Source: Octopus vulgaris (lineage: Eukaryota). From it: a DNA stretch of 64,000 nt. The notes beneath the pieces are model-generated. The model was not told the DNA's origin. It saw only the letters and a program-made list of their open reading frames with translations, and searched no databases. The stretch covers positions 52,390,001 to 52,454,000 of the forward strand of contig OX597819.1 in NCBI GenBank assembly GCA_951406725.2, read 5' to 3'. A program made the position numbers and the translations under genes. This document shows, in pieces, positions 12,481 through 25,786 of this stretch. Position 1 is the first letter of the stretch. Every line of letters begins with the position of its first letter.

Positions 12481-12791
12481 TACAAAATTACAGCTTTAGC
12501 ACTATATAATTTATCGATAATGCATCTGGACATCAAAAAATCTGTTTCCACATGGAAAAATATACATTAAATGAAAGTTCATGATGATGATAATTATGGA
12601 ATGTATTAACCATTATGACCCAAATTTCAGACCCTGTACCTATAGCAGAAAGGATTATTATTATTTTTATTCTTCTTTTCTATTCTAGGCACAAGGCCTA
12701 AAATTTGTGGGGAGAGACTAGTCGATCAGATCGACCTCTCCTGAAATTGCTGGCTTTGAGCCAAAATTTCAAATCATTATCATTATTATTA

Positions 12792-13165
12792 TTATTACCT
12801 CCGTCTTAGTGAAGGTGGAGGTATTGTTTTCAGTTGTGTTTATTTGCTTGTGTGCCTGTGGAGAAGATATCTCAAGAACTGCTGGATGGATTTGGATGAA
12901 ACTTTCAGAGATGTTTGGTCTCGTGGCTGGCACAAACTGATTAGATTTGGGGATCGATCCAGTACTGGACAAGGATTCTGAATTATTTTTGTTTTTTTTA
13001 ATACTTAATTTTTGAGAGTGGTCAGGCTCATTTTTAGTATTCTGGTTTGTGAGAGCTGTCAAGTTTATATCAGATATTCTCATTTTAAAAATCCTCTCCG
13101 GCTAATTGTTGAGAGGATGTTGGTGTTGCCTTGGAAGAGGTTTGTGCTCTCCAAGTTCTCTTGTT
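12792..13165 (+). mobile_element. Helentron-associated non-autonomous element (HINE/DINE-1-like)
   Basis: 5' TTATTACCTCCG followed closely by inverted GGAGGT, then a TG-rich tract, a core ATATCTCAAGAAC..GGATGGATTTGGATGAAACTTT, and a 3' subterminal CTTGGAAGAGGT with a short decayed terminal hairpin; T-rich insertion context. Confidence 0.65.
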
Positions 13166-13176
13166 CTGATTATTAT

Positions 13177-13394
13177 TAAGGTAGCGCGCTGGCAGAATTG
13201 TTAGCATGCTGGGCAAAATGCTGAGTGGCATTTCGTCAGTCCTTACATTCTGAGCTCAAATTCCGCTGTGGTTGACTTTACCTTTTATCCTGTCAGGGTC
13301 GATAAATTAAGTAGCAGTGAAACACTGGGGTTGATGCAATCAACTAGACCACCCTCCATTAAAATTTTGAGACCTTGTGTCTTTAGTAGAAAGG

Positions 13395-13448
<54 letters not shown>

Positions 13449-13450
13449 TA
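13177..13450 (+). mobile_element. SINE family B with long (ATT)n tail
   Basis: AAGGTAGCGCGCTGGCAGAA...TTCTGAGCTCAAATTCC...GTAGAAAGGATT(ATT)n. Confidence 0.8.
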
Positions 13451-14808
13451 GAGTAATGAATTGGTAGAATTGTTATTAACACTTGGCAAAATAGTTACAG
13501 GTACAGTAAAAGTGCTGTGCAGCAGGATCAAACCCAGAACCATGTGGTTATGAAACAACTTTCTTAAACACATGACCATGTCCATTATTCCGAGTTCACG
13601 TCTCACCAGTGGAAACTTTCACATTCCATCTTCAAGAGACTAATGAAAAATAAGTAGCTGTAAGAAAACTGGAATTTATCAGAATCGAATATGGATACCA
13701 ACTCCCACTGCCACCAGCTCCACCACCATTGGACCTGTGCTTGGAAATCATTATTTATTAAAATTTGCAAATTATAGCTCACAACCTGAAATTGATGAAG
13801 ATGATAACATTGCAGAAGTGGTGTTATTATATTCTCCTCTACATACACACACCATCATCAGGAGAGTTGTTCACAGATACGGTAAACAGTTAGCAATCAG
13901 CCGGCTCAGCAGACATAGACGAACAATGCTGATTTCTCTCTCATTTTCAATCATCTAGAACCATCTATTAACAATCGAAAGTTAATGACCTATAATTCGA
14001 AATTTCATTTCCATATACATGAGAGAGAATGTATGCATGCATGTATGTATGTGTATCTGTGTGTGGGTGTGAGTAATATGTTACATGTGTGTGTGTTACA
14101 GGAAGAGAAGGAGAGGAAACAAGATGGGGGGGGGGGGGGTGAGAGAAATAAAGAGCTAAATGTAAACATACACAGCAGTTAACTTGCTCTATTAATTATC
14201 CTTCCTGCACACACACCACCCCATCATATTTTACAACCATCACCATCATCATCATCACCACCACCACCACCACCATCACTGCCAAAACGAATCACCACCT
14301 ACTTACATAAAATGCTTAATGATAGGAGCAGCGTGGTTGGTTTTACATGTGAATTCAAGTAGGAAATTATAACTTCAGACTTTCCAAGGAACTCTTTTTA
14401 CGTCCGCTAATATAATCATTGTTTTCGCGTTGTTAGGGTGTAACCTCGACAGTTGAACAGAAATTGCTTTTGCGCTTTTGTTTTACACTATCATTTAGTC
14501 ATAATCTTCGAAATTAACAAAATATATATAATCTGACGACGATGATGATATTACTAATAATAATAATAATAATAACAACAACAATAATAATAAATAAATA
14601 TATATAAATAAATAAATAAAAGAAATCAAATGCTTTAAGGTAAAAGGAAAGTGAGTGTACAAAAAAGTACAAATTTCAGTTCAACCCACACCAACATTAG
14701 CAAAATGGATGTTAACGATGATGATGAGGATGATGATGATAATTTCTTTTATCATCATCATCATTACTGCTGCCGTCACTACAACTACTATTACTACTAC
14801 TAACAACA

Positions 14809-14840
<32 letters not shown>

Positions 14841-15739
14841 TATTATTATTATTATTGTTATTAATATTATTATTACTGCTATTATTATTATTATTATTAT
14901 TACTGCTATTATTATTATTATTATTATTATTATTATCATCATTATTACTGTTGTAATTATTATTATTATCATTTCTTTTATTGGTCACAAGGGGCCCCAA
15001 GAGATTCAGGACAATATCAAAGGACGAAATACAACACAGAAAAAAGGTGGGGTCTACATCAATCGAAAGCGGGGAATCAACTACAATAAGGACATAACAA
15101 AGGGTACGACAATAGATATAGAAATAAAACTCAAAGAAGAATAAATAATTACAACAATAACAATTAGAAGAACTGTGACAGAGCAGATGGTCATGACAGT
15201 GATGATGAATTTAAATAATTTAGTGGGTGGGGTAGGGGGAAATACATTCAGAACCTGAATTATTTATTGAAGAAAATAATATTTATAAGTGAGCTGCAGC
15301 AGCAGCAGCAATAACAACAACAAAGATTATTGCAAATCTGTTAAAGGGTTGAGTGCTTTTAAACACATTGAAAACTTGATGCAAAAAAAAAAAAGACAAT
15401 TTGGGAATTCTACCAGAGCTTAACATAATATGTATGTTATGTGGAAATAAGGTTAAATCCATAATCAGAAGAAATTGATGAGGGCCCATGTCAGCAACAA
15501 TTGAAGAGTGTTGCTGAAATGTTGAATAAGTTCTTCATAGTTGCGAGAAAGTAGGAATCTCTGATATTTGGGCTCAAGATCGTAAGATTATGGTCTCAAT
15601 TCCTGGATCAGGTGATGCATTGTGTTCTTGAGGGAAAACACAATTTCGTTGCTCTGGGCCACTCAGCTGATAAAAATGAGTAATCTTGCAAAAGATGAGT
15701 ATCCTGTCCAGGAAGCAATATATATATATATATAGCTTT

Positions 15740-16795
15740 TACATGCAGCAGATGCACAGGGGGAATAAGCACCACAGATGCTCAGAAAACTCCATCACAT
15801 GCCAAGGAGAGAAACTAGTAGTTGATAGCTTCTGCTACCTAAGTGATTAAGTCTGTGGTGGGGGTGGATGCTCAGAGAGCGTTACCACTAGAATAAAAAT
15901 AGCCTGGGCAAAGTTCAGAAAGCTTCAACACCTACTGGTGACAAAGGGTCTCTCGCTCAGAGTGAAAGGTAGGTTGTATGATGCATGTGGGCGAACTGCG
16001 ATGCATCACAGCAGTGAAACATGAGCTGACTGCTGAAGACATGCATAGGCTCAAAAGAAATGAAGCTAGCAATGATCTGCAGGATGTGTAATGCCAGTGT
16101 GCACACACAATAGAGTGTAAGCGCCCTGAGAGAAATGTTAGACATAAGACGCATCGGATGTGGAAGAGAGACGTGTGCATTGGTATGATCATGTATTGTA
16201 GATGAACGAGGAGAGGTGTAAAGAAGTGCCACTCCCAAACAGTGGAAGGAATTCAGGGTAGAGGGAGACCCAGGAAGACATGGGATGAGGTGGTGAAGCA
16301 CGACCTTCAAACGTTGGGCCTTACAGAGGCAATGACAAAAGACCAAGACCTCTGGAGGTATGCTGTGACTGAGAAGACCTGGCAAATAAAGTGAGTCCAC
16401 AGCTGTAAACTACACCAGAGTCGCATAGCCAGCCCACTCAAATGTACCTTGGATCGTAGGGTGACATGTTGTGCTTGTGGAGACCTATTGAGTCAAGTAC
16501 ATCAACATCAGCAATATCAAAATCAACTCAAAAGGAAATTGTAGTTGTGAGTTCCATGCTGGTAGCACGTAAAAAGCACCATCCAAACATGGCTGATACC
16601 AGTTTCACTTTGACTGGCTTCCATGCCAGTGGCACATAAAAGGCACCATCCGATTATGGTCGATGCCAGCTCCTCTGGCCCCAGTGCTGGTGGCATGTAA
16701 AAAGCACCCACCACACTCTCAGAGTGGTTGGCATTAGGAAGGGCATCCAGCTGTAGAAACTCTACCACATCAGATTGGAATCTGGCGCAGCCATT
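15740..16795 (+). mobile_element. RTE-clade LINE, 5'-truncated (end of ORF plus 3' UTR)
   Basis: Disrupted translation VDSFCYLS..GGGCSESVTTRIKIAWAKFRKL..LLVTKGLSLRVKGRLYDAC...GRGRPRKTWDEVVKHDL..LGLTEAMTKDQDLWR, stop at about 16392, then a 3' UTR with GGxGGCACxTAAAAAGCACC units. Confidence 0.9.
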
Positions 16796-17185
16796 TTTTG
16801 TGGAACTAGCACTGGTGAGGTCACCAAGTATTTGTAAGACAAGACCCCTCAACTGAGTGGAATATAGTATTGTACCATATGAAAAAATGAAAGAAGAACA
16901 AGAACAGGTCATTACATGGCTTCCTCAGCTGGAAAGAGAGAGAGAGAATTAGTACCAGACCACAAGGTCTGATACTAATTCCCATACTATGCTGTTCATA
17001 TTTGTCTGCCACTAGTTAAACAATGACCACCCCCTTCCTAACCCTTATTTTTTAAACCCTGGAATCCACAGCCAGTTTCCCCACCCCACAGTCCAGCTTC
17101 CCTTTTAATAACAGTCTTATCATTCTTCCATCACCCCCACCTCTCTCATTTCCATTAATAGATACTTACACCCCTGTCCACCCCA

Positions 17186-17224
<39 letters not shown>

Positions 17225-17533
17225 TCCCAATTTCTTGATATCTACCATTTTCTTTCTCTCTCTCTCTCTCAATCAAGGGTTAATGCACACTTCCACTCTC
17301 TCTCTCACTCACTAACTCACACACACACAAATGACACACCCCCAGCAGAGAATCAAAGAATTTTAGTTCCTGGAATATGGTATGTCACTAATTCCATCCT
17401 AATCTGGGCTTAAGCCTGTTCAGAAGAATTAGTTGATATTTTCTTTAACCCTAATACAGAAATACACAATCACACAAATACCCAAATACATAAGCAGACA
17501 CACTAACATACATAAAAACAGAACAAACATGTC

Positions 17534-17586
<53 letters not shown>

Positions 17587-18220
17587 CACTATCACAACCA
17601 CCACTACCATCATTTAATAACTGTTTTTCTATGTAATCCCAGGTTAATCTAGCCTACTCAGTTACAGCTGTCTCCACATAACCTCTATAAAGGTGTGGTA
17701 ATATCATGTGCACAGGTGTAACAAGAGCATGGATGGTAGTGATGGATGGCTTACTAACACTATACACAGTATCATATGTATTTATATATATATATATTTA
17801 TATACTCCTCCACACATACACATACACCCATACTTATATGCAATGTATTTATATATATATGTGTATGTATATACATACATGCATATAAGTGCATGTACAC
17901 ATGCACAGATGTACGTACCTGTGTGTGGATGCGCATGTTCTTACAATTAAAATTATTTATTTGTCTGGACAGATTTTGGTTTATTTGCCAAATGTTCATG
18001 TACAAGCAAACTGATATCATTTTCACCCAAAACCACCACATTTAAACGTGCGTAGCACCTTGGGATATGTGTGTGTGTGTGTGTGAGTGTGTGTGTAGGA
18101 TGTATAAAATATATATATATAAACAGACAGATGAAATGTTTACTCATGCAGTTGTCTATTTTCTTTAATTATCTGACTTACTGAATTTACTGAAATCAGG
18201 AAGAATAACTTAGCACTTAC

Positions 18221-18311
18221 CTGTTACCATGTCGAAACTCCAGTTCAAGCCACCGAATGGCTTCACGGGCTTTGGCACTTGTCTTCTTCAAAAAGTCAAG
18301 AATATCGATAA
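18221..18311 (-). CDS. SMG5: SMG5 PIN domain, next coding exon
   Basis: 91 nt, acceptor tttctctccacag|TT and donor AACAG|gtaagt. In frame with the upstream exon it gives (V)IDILDFLKKTSAKAREAIRWLELEFRHGN(R), versus recalled human VIDGLDLLKKEHPGARDGIRYLEAEFKKGNR. Phase 1 in, phase 2 out. Confidence 0.93.
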
Positions 18312-18887
18312 CTGTGGAGAGAAAAATGGAGTCCATATGATTGATTAAATGGAAATATTTGCAGAAACTGAAACTTTATCAGAGGTCAGAGAATGGGGAT
18401 CAATAGCACCTACATAGGACCATGAAGGAAAATGTAAAGAATACTCCCGCTCTTATCCGTTGGAGCAACAAGGACCATCTAGACATGCAAAGAATGACTG
18501 ATGACTTGCATGGTGACCTTGTTTTAAGCGAAGAAGTATTGTATACCATCAACCTCGCTCATCCATGACAATCAGCAATCCAATGACAAGACCAGGTCAA
18601 GATGACCAGGGATGAAGAAAGATGTAGTAGATGACCAAGATGGCTTATTTGCCTTGTCTTGGTCTCTGCACTCCACAATGCATTGGTGCAGCTACTTTCA
18701 CCACCATTTAAACACGAAAGTTTCTTTTGCAGAGTCTACGGAATCTAGCCTATACAACCACAGGCAGGCAGACAAGACCTAATATGCAAATTAACCCATA
18801 GCTGGGTCTCCACAGGTGCTTCTACTCCAGATTTGAGTAGAGCAGTAAACACTAGTGAATAAGAGGTGGTTCCACACCTCTCTCTAA

Positions 18888-18918
<31 letters not shown>

Positions 18919-20035
18919 CATACACACTGATTGCTCCACATTGATAACTCATATTCTACGAAATAGGGAGCATTAAAACAGAAGCAAGTTAGATTAAGTC
19001 AACAAGAGTAATGACTTATATTTCCAATATCATATTTTTTCCTCTCTCTCTCTCCCTCTCTGACTATCTCTCCTGTACATGGCTGTGCATATGCATGTAC
19101 ACACACACACACACACATACACACACATATACATACACACACACACACACACAGTTCTTTGTATATTTAAGTCTGTTGGACATTCTGCGTATGAATTTTA
19201 ATGTCATATTTCGATCTTGAACTCAATTCTTTGGTCCAGCTATTTTCTCTTTGATCAGAGATGTGCTATATACAATATTTGTTTGATTTATAGAACTCTA
19301 AGTAGTGTACACACATGCACACACACACACAAATACATATGTATATGTGTGCACATAAATGAATATATATATATACAGATATACATGTACACATACACAC
19401 ACACAGAAATACATATGTACATGTACAAGCACATTTTATATATATACATACACACACATATATACACATACACACACACACAAGCACACATACATATGTA
19501 CATACATATGTATACACATACACACATGTATGAATGTATAAAGGACAAGAAAATATATACGTACAATAAACCCTTATACATATATAAATGTCAATTTTGC
19601 AATCTCATCACAAATGCAAACATGTACAACCCATGCTTGAATGGGTAAACAGACACCGAAAAAATAAAAAAAAACAACAAAACAAAACTAAACCAAACAA
19701 GCCAAAATACACCAGAAAAGTCATAGCACCCTCAGCTAATTGAAAGAACTGATTCATCAGTCACAGTTGTATAAGTGTGCACTGATGGATAACACCACAC
19801 ACATACACTTCTGCTGTCTCAGACTACGTGTAGCAGAACAGATCAGTGAACAAATTAATACCCTCCTTCATCGGGCTGATACCACTTGATGGAACTGAAG
19901 GCATTATTATCTGAGCCACTGTGATGGAACCATGCATGACATAACATGATCAAGAACAATGAATGCACATGCCGGAACAGCCTTGAGCCATATTTGGACA
20001 TTTGCCACACACACACACACACATAAATATATATG

Positions 20036-20088
<53 letters not shown>

Positions 20089-21555
20089 GTACATCTACAC
20101 CAACTGCTCAATTATCATTGCAATTATAATTTTGTTTTAGGTATTCTTTTCATTATTTGTTCACAGCAGCCTTGTTTAGTCATATTAATATTTAGAAACA
20201 CGTGTGTGTGAGTGTGTGAGAGAGAGAACAAGTGTGTGCGGGATTAAAAGTACGTGTATATGGTTGTATAAGGTAAATAACCAAGATAACATAATCACAT
20301 GTGTGTTTACTAATATACTATAAACTCAATCAAAATCCTTGAATATTGCCAGGGAGGAAGGAAAATTACTCCACAAATTGCTTTCAACTCCTTTTGGAGT
20401 TCACAATTATATATCTATATTTTTAAAAATTGTCATTATTGAAAGATACCCCCTAAAAAAAGTGACACAATCTCACAAATAATCCTGTTCAGCAGTCAGA
20501 ACAAACCTCGTTCAATTCCTCCAGACAGTCCAGGTAGCTAGTAGCATGAGCAACAGGGCAACATATGGATTATCCTGGAATGTCTGAGCCTTGACAGTTA
20601 ATGAGAGGACTAGGGTCAGGGAGCAGTGGGATTTCGATGAATGCAATGGAGTGATGGATAGAGGGTGTGGTCAAGAGGTGGGACGTGAGAGGGAGAGATA
20701 GAGAATAGGAGTGACAAGAAATACATTATGAAACTCAGATGACTTCAGTTGTTAACTGGTTTCTATCAATGCTAAAAGGACTTTTTAATCACCCTGTGTA
20801 TGCATATGTGTATGTATGTATGTATGGATGGATGGATGTAGGTGTGCATGATAAGATATAAGGCAAAATGTATTGTGATGTTGCTCATTTACTTCTTCCT
20901 CCCTCCCTGCCTTCATCCTCCATGTTCTTCCATGTTCTCCTCCTCCTCCTCTTCATCTCCTCTGCTGCCACTCCTTCTCCAGTGTGTAAGCTGAACTCCG
21001 AACCGAGTCCAATTCTCTTGGTAGCATTTTGTAAGCAAATGCAACAATGCAACGTTTAGACACAGGAGTTTAGTGTTTTGCAAGTGAGATACCACAGCAA
21101 GAAACATCGGAAACAAACATAACAAACAAAAGAAACAGAGAAAGCAAGTGGGGAAAGAAAGAAAAAAAGACAAAAGGCTAAACAGGAGGAAGGCAAAAAA
21201 AAAAAAGCTGGGCCGGGGGGGGGGGGATAGGAAAAGAAAAAAAAACAAAAACAAGAAAGCAGAAGCTGAAATCCCATCAGACTTGTAAGCTCTGTTCTAA
21301 GTTCAGTTATTCCATTCAGTGAGAGGATGGGAAAGAAGGTGGTGGCACAATGTTTGCTGGTGAAGAGGAACATGATATAGAAGGAAAGGAGAATTTCCTA
21401 CATGCTGTCAGATGCCGAAGTGCTCTAATCACTGACAACATTCTCGCCACCACCCACCGCCACCAAGAAGCACTTGGAAGGGAAGTGAAGAGGGTAATGC
21501 AGCACCCTCCCTTCCTTGCTTTGTAATAGATAAGAAAGCTAACAAAAAAAAAACA

Positions 21556-21597
<42 letters not shown>

Positions 21598-22378
21598 TGG
21601 AGAGGAGCAGAGAGAATAGAGAGGTTGTGCTTGTATGTAACCCAGAAACAATAACCAGAGTAAAGTTTCACAAAGAGGTTTTGCACAAGGGTGGTTACCC
21701 TCAGGGGAGGGTTGTTTACGAGGGGTGGGATGAAACATCATCTATGTATTGGAGTGGAGGGAGGGGTAAATTGAAGTAAGAAGTTTATGCAAGAGTGTTG
21801 AAATATGTAATGCAAGTAGGTGAGTGGGGTGGGGGGCGAATTTTTTTTTAAAGTTCATCAACACCACCCATCATCATCATCACCACTACCACCATTATCC
21901 TCATCGCTATCCACCATAGCTGTTATATAGCCCCAGGTCAACCCTGATCAACAGATCTATGACAGAAATGATCTATACCTATTTCTTTATTACCTACAAG
22001 GGGCTAAATATAGAGGGGACAAACAAGGACAGACATAGGTATTAAGTCGATTACATCGACTCCAGTGCGTAACTGGTACTTAATTTATCGACCCCGACCA
22101 TCACCATCATTACTTCTTACACTGTCTCACATACCCACCTATGTGCCCCAGTTGTTGCTGTTTGACCACAGGTCAGCCCTAATGGTCAGAGTTGTAATTG
22201 AGAAAGCGTTCCAGTTGTGATTGTCCTTGTGTTTATCACATATCATTTAAGACATGGCTACACTGTCTAATTCATCCTTCCTGTTTCAAGATAGCAGGGC
22301 ATGATTTTGAGGGAATTTGGTCACTATTTCTAGGTGGTTGTTTCACCACCATCAACCCTAATCAAGCCAACATATATC

Positions 22379-23268
22379 TAACCCTTTAGCATTCGGATTA
22401 CTGTCAAATTTAAAGCTTATTTTACTCTCTTCTACTTGTTTCAGTCATTTGACTGTGGCCATGCTGGGGCACCGCCTTTTTTTTAGTTGAGCAAATTCAT
22501 CCCAGGACTTATTCTTTGTAAGCCTAGTACTTATTCTATTGGTCTCTTTTGCCAAACCGCTATATTACGGGGACATAAACACTCCAGCATTGGTTGTCAA
22601 GTGATGTTGGGGGGAACAAACACAGACACACTAATATATACACACACACACTAATATATACACACACACATATATGTATACATATATACGATGGGCTTCT
22701 TTCAGTTTCCGTCTACCAAATCTACTCACAAGGCTTTGGTCAGCCCAAGGCTATAGTAGAAAACACTTGCCCAAGGTGCCATGCAGTGGGACTGAACCCC
22801 AAACTATGTGGTTGGTAAGCAAGCTACTTACCACACAGCCACTCCTATGCCTATTTATTCACATTAATTTGAATTAATCATGCATTATCATGTAGCTTTA
22901 AGGTTATGATGATGTGATTGTATATTCTTTTCTTCTCTAGGCACAAGGCCTGAAATTTTGGGGGAGGGAGGGCCAGTCGATTAGATCAACCCTAGTACAC
23001 AACTGGTACTTAATTTATCAACTCAGAAAGGATGAAAGGCAAAATCGATCTTGGCGGAATTTGAACTCAGAACGTAAAAACAGATGGAATACAGTTAAGC
23101 ATTTCACCTGGCATGCTAATGTTTCTGCTAGCTCGTAGCCTTGATGTGATTGTATTATCTTAAAATGATATTGTAGAGTAGGTGTGACATGCCAGATATG
23201 GCCAGCTTGAAAATAAAACAGGTAGAATGTTCAGGCTGGATATGGTTGGTTTAAACCCGAAAGGGTTA
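22379..23268. mobile_element. piggyBac-type MITE split by two nested SINEs
   Basis: Ends (T)AACCCTTTAGCATTCGGATT and ...AAAGGGTTA. Interrupted by SINE A (22423-22850, minus) and SINE B (about 22924-23141, minus; 14-bp TSD TGATGTGATTGTAT at 22910 and 23142). Confidence 0.75.
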
Positions 23269-24049
23269 CAGCCAATGCAACTACGACTACTCCCATCTTT
23301 TGTCCTTGTGTGCAGGATACACAAGACCAGCTTATGCAATATGTCTCATTTTTCAAAAGACTTCAGTGTGATCTGAAGGAGATTTAGTCAATATTTCCAG
23401 TATGTTGCTCTACCACATAGAACAAGAGGCTCCCCACATAAGCTCCTTTCACATGTATCGCTTGTAAAGCTACAAGATCCTCTGTAGACAAAATGCAACC
23501 CAACCTTTACCCACTGGCTGCTTCCTAACATATCAGACACTGATTACTTCAACTTCAAGTATGCTACATAGACACAGCAATGGAATACCAAGATAAGTGA
23601 AAGAGGTGTTGCTTGTGGGGGTAGGGGTAGTAGTAAGATGGCGGTGGCGATGGAGGGAGGGGGGTCGAGAGGTGGGTGGTAGTAGTGCCTGGAATCACCC
23701 CGCCACCCTGGAATTGAAACCACCCTAGAATATCTAACAGCTGTTATCATTAGTAAATAATAGTGAGATAAATGTCAGTGTTATTACATAGTAACAGCTG
23801 AACACTAAATACACACATACACATAATAAAAATACCAAGGCATAGGCACAGACAGAAACACACGTAATATATATGTACATATATGTATGTATGTATGTAT
23901 GCATGTATGTATATATGCATGTGTATGTATGTATGTGTGTGTATGTATGTATGTGTGTATACATGTCTGTTACTATTTGTGCATACGCTTTGGTATTTTT
24001 ATGTGCATATGTGTGTGTGTGTATATATATATATATACATATGTATATA

Positions 24050-24082
<33 letters not shown>

Positions 24083-24121
24083 TATATTTACCTATATATA
24101 TACACACACACATATATTTAC

Positions 24122-24163
24122 ATATGTCTGATGAACGGCAACGAGAAACTCAGAGTAACAGAT
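24122..24163 (+). ncRNA. Minimal type I hammerhead ribozyme motif (Penelope-like)
   Basis: atatgt-CTGATGA-a-cg-gcaa-cg-a-GAAAC-tcaga-GTA-acagat. Both core boxes are intact; quasi-palindromic stem III ACTCAGAGT; GUA cleavage triplet; stem I 5/6 paired. AATAAA follows about 20 nt downstream, and the unit is embedded in (TA)n. Confidence 0.7.
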
Positions 24164-24217
24164 TTTGTTGAATTTTCTGCTGCTTAAAATAAAGTATATA
24201 TAGATATATACATATAT

Positions 24218-24278
<61 letters not shown>

Positions 24279-24361
24279 CATACATACACACACACACATA
24301 TATATATACACATACATATATACATACATATACACATATATATACATGCATATACATATAA

Positions 24362-24392
<31 letters not shown>

Positions 24393-25786
24393 TACACACA
24401 CATATACATATAAATACATATATACATACATATACATATATATATATACATACACATAAATATATGAATATCATACAAACATACAAACACACACACACAC
24501 ACACACACACACTTATACACAAATACTCATAATGCAGGAATTGGAAGGGGTGGTTCTGCAGTTCTGTAATGAATTACATGACATGCTTGACAGCAGACAT
24601 GCTAAAGATTACCACTGATGCTAACTGCTCAAGCATAAAAATGGGAGTGGTGCCTTCTTGGTTGCTTGATTGATTGAAAACAGTCAGGAGACAATGCCAT
24701 GCCTTGTTGAGAAGGACAAGGTTTGTGCTCATGAAATGCCTGCCAATAGTCCAGGACTTCATCCACAAAGCCTACATAACCACCACACACACACACATGT
24801 GTGAGAGTTTGTGAGTGTGTGCACATGCAAAGGTATCTCTGTAATTCGATGTGTCATTGTTATTTTTTATCATTAATATTATCATTAAAGTTGCAAGCTG
24901 TCAGAATTATTAGCATTATGGGCAAAATGTTTAGAGGTATTTCATCCACCTGAACATTCTGAGTTCAAATTCCACCATGGTTGTCTCTGCCTTTCAACAT
25001 TTTTGGTTTGATAAAATAAGCACCAATTGGACACCAGGGTTGTCATAATTAACTTACTCCCTTCCCTAAAACTCTTAGCCTTGTGCCAAAATTCGAAATC
25101 ATTATGATTATTATTAAGGTAGCAAGCTGGCAACATCATTAGAGCATCAGGAAAAATACCCTGTGGCATTTATTTTAGAGATTTATTTTCTGAATTCAAA
25201 CTCTGCCAAAGTTAACTTTGCATGAGAGGCAAAGGAAATAAATCTGTTATTGGAATAAAATACCAGTTCTCAACCATTTTTAATCCATAGATTGGTTTCA
25301 TGCAAAACAATTTTCCCACAGACTGGGGTATCCTGAGAACATCATGATCATCATTTAATGTCCGCTTTCCATGCTGGCATGGGTTGGACGGTTTGACTGA
25401 AAACTGGTAAGCTGAGGAGCTGCACCGGGTTCCAGTCTGATTTGGCATGGTTTTTACTGTTGGATGCCCTTCCTAATGCCAAAACATAATAATGTGCCCT
25501 TCCTAACAACAAAACATAATAATGTGCTTCATATGTAATTTAATTAATACATATATAATCCCCCCAAAAACTAGCAAACTGTGATAGGCAATGAAATAAG
25601 AATAAAATTGTAAAATTTATTTTTTCTGTGTAACTTGGTACCAAATGATCAGTCGCCCAGCACCAAATGAAAAACAGCCCAGTACTGGCCCACAACCTGG
25701 TGACTGAGTACCCCTGGAATAAAAGTCTAAATTTGTTACAGAGATTTAAAAAAGAAAAACAAAGCAAAAAAAGGTGCAAAGCTTAC

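Noticed and set aside
19850-20005. Minus-strand CCGATGAAGG, possible half of a hammerhead element
   Set aside because: No GAAA box or second half is present.
20380-20796. Possible Tc1/pogo relic ending in ATCACCCTG
   Set aside because: Only one TIR-like end and no convincing transposase motif.
25466-25527. 30-bp direct duplication TGCCCTTCCTAA..CAAAACATAATAATG
   Set aside because: Ordinary local slippage at the edge of an RTE-tail fragment.
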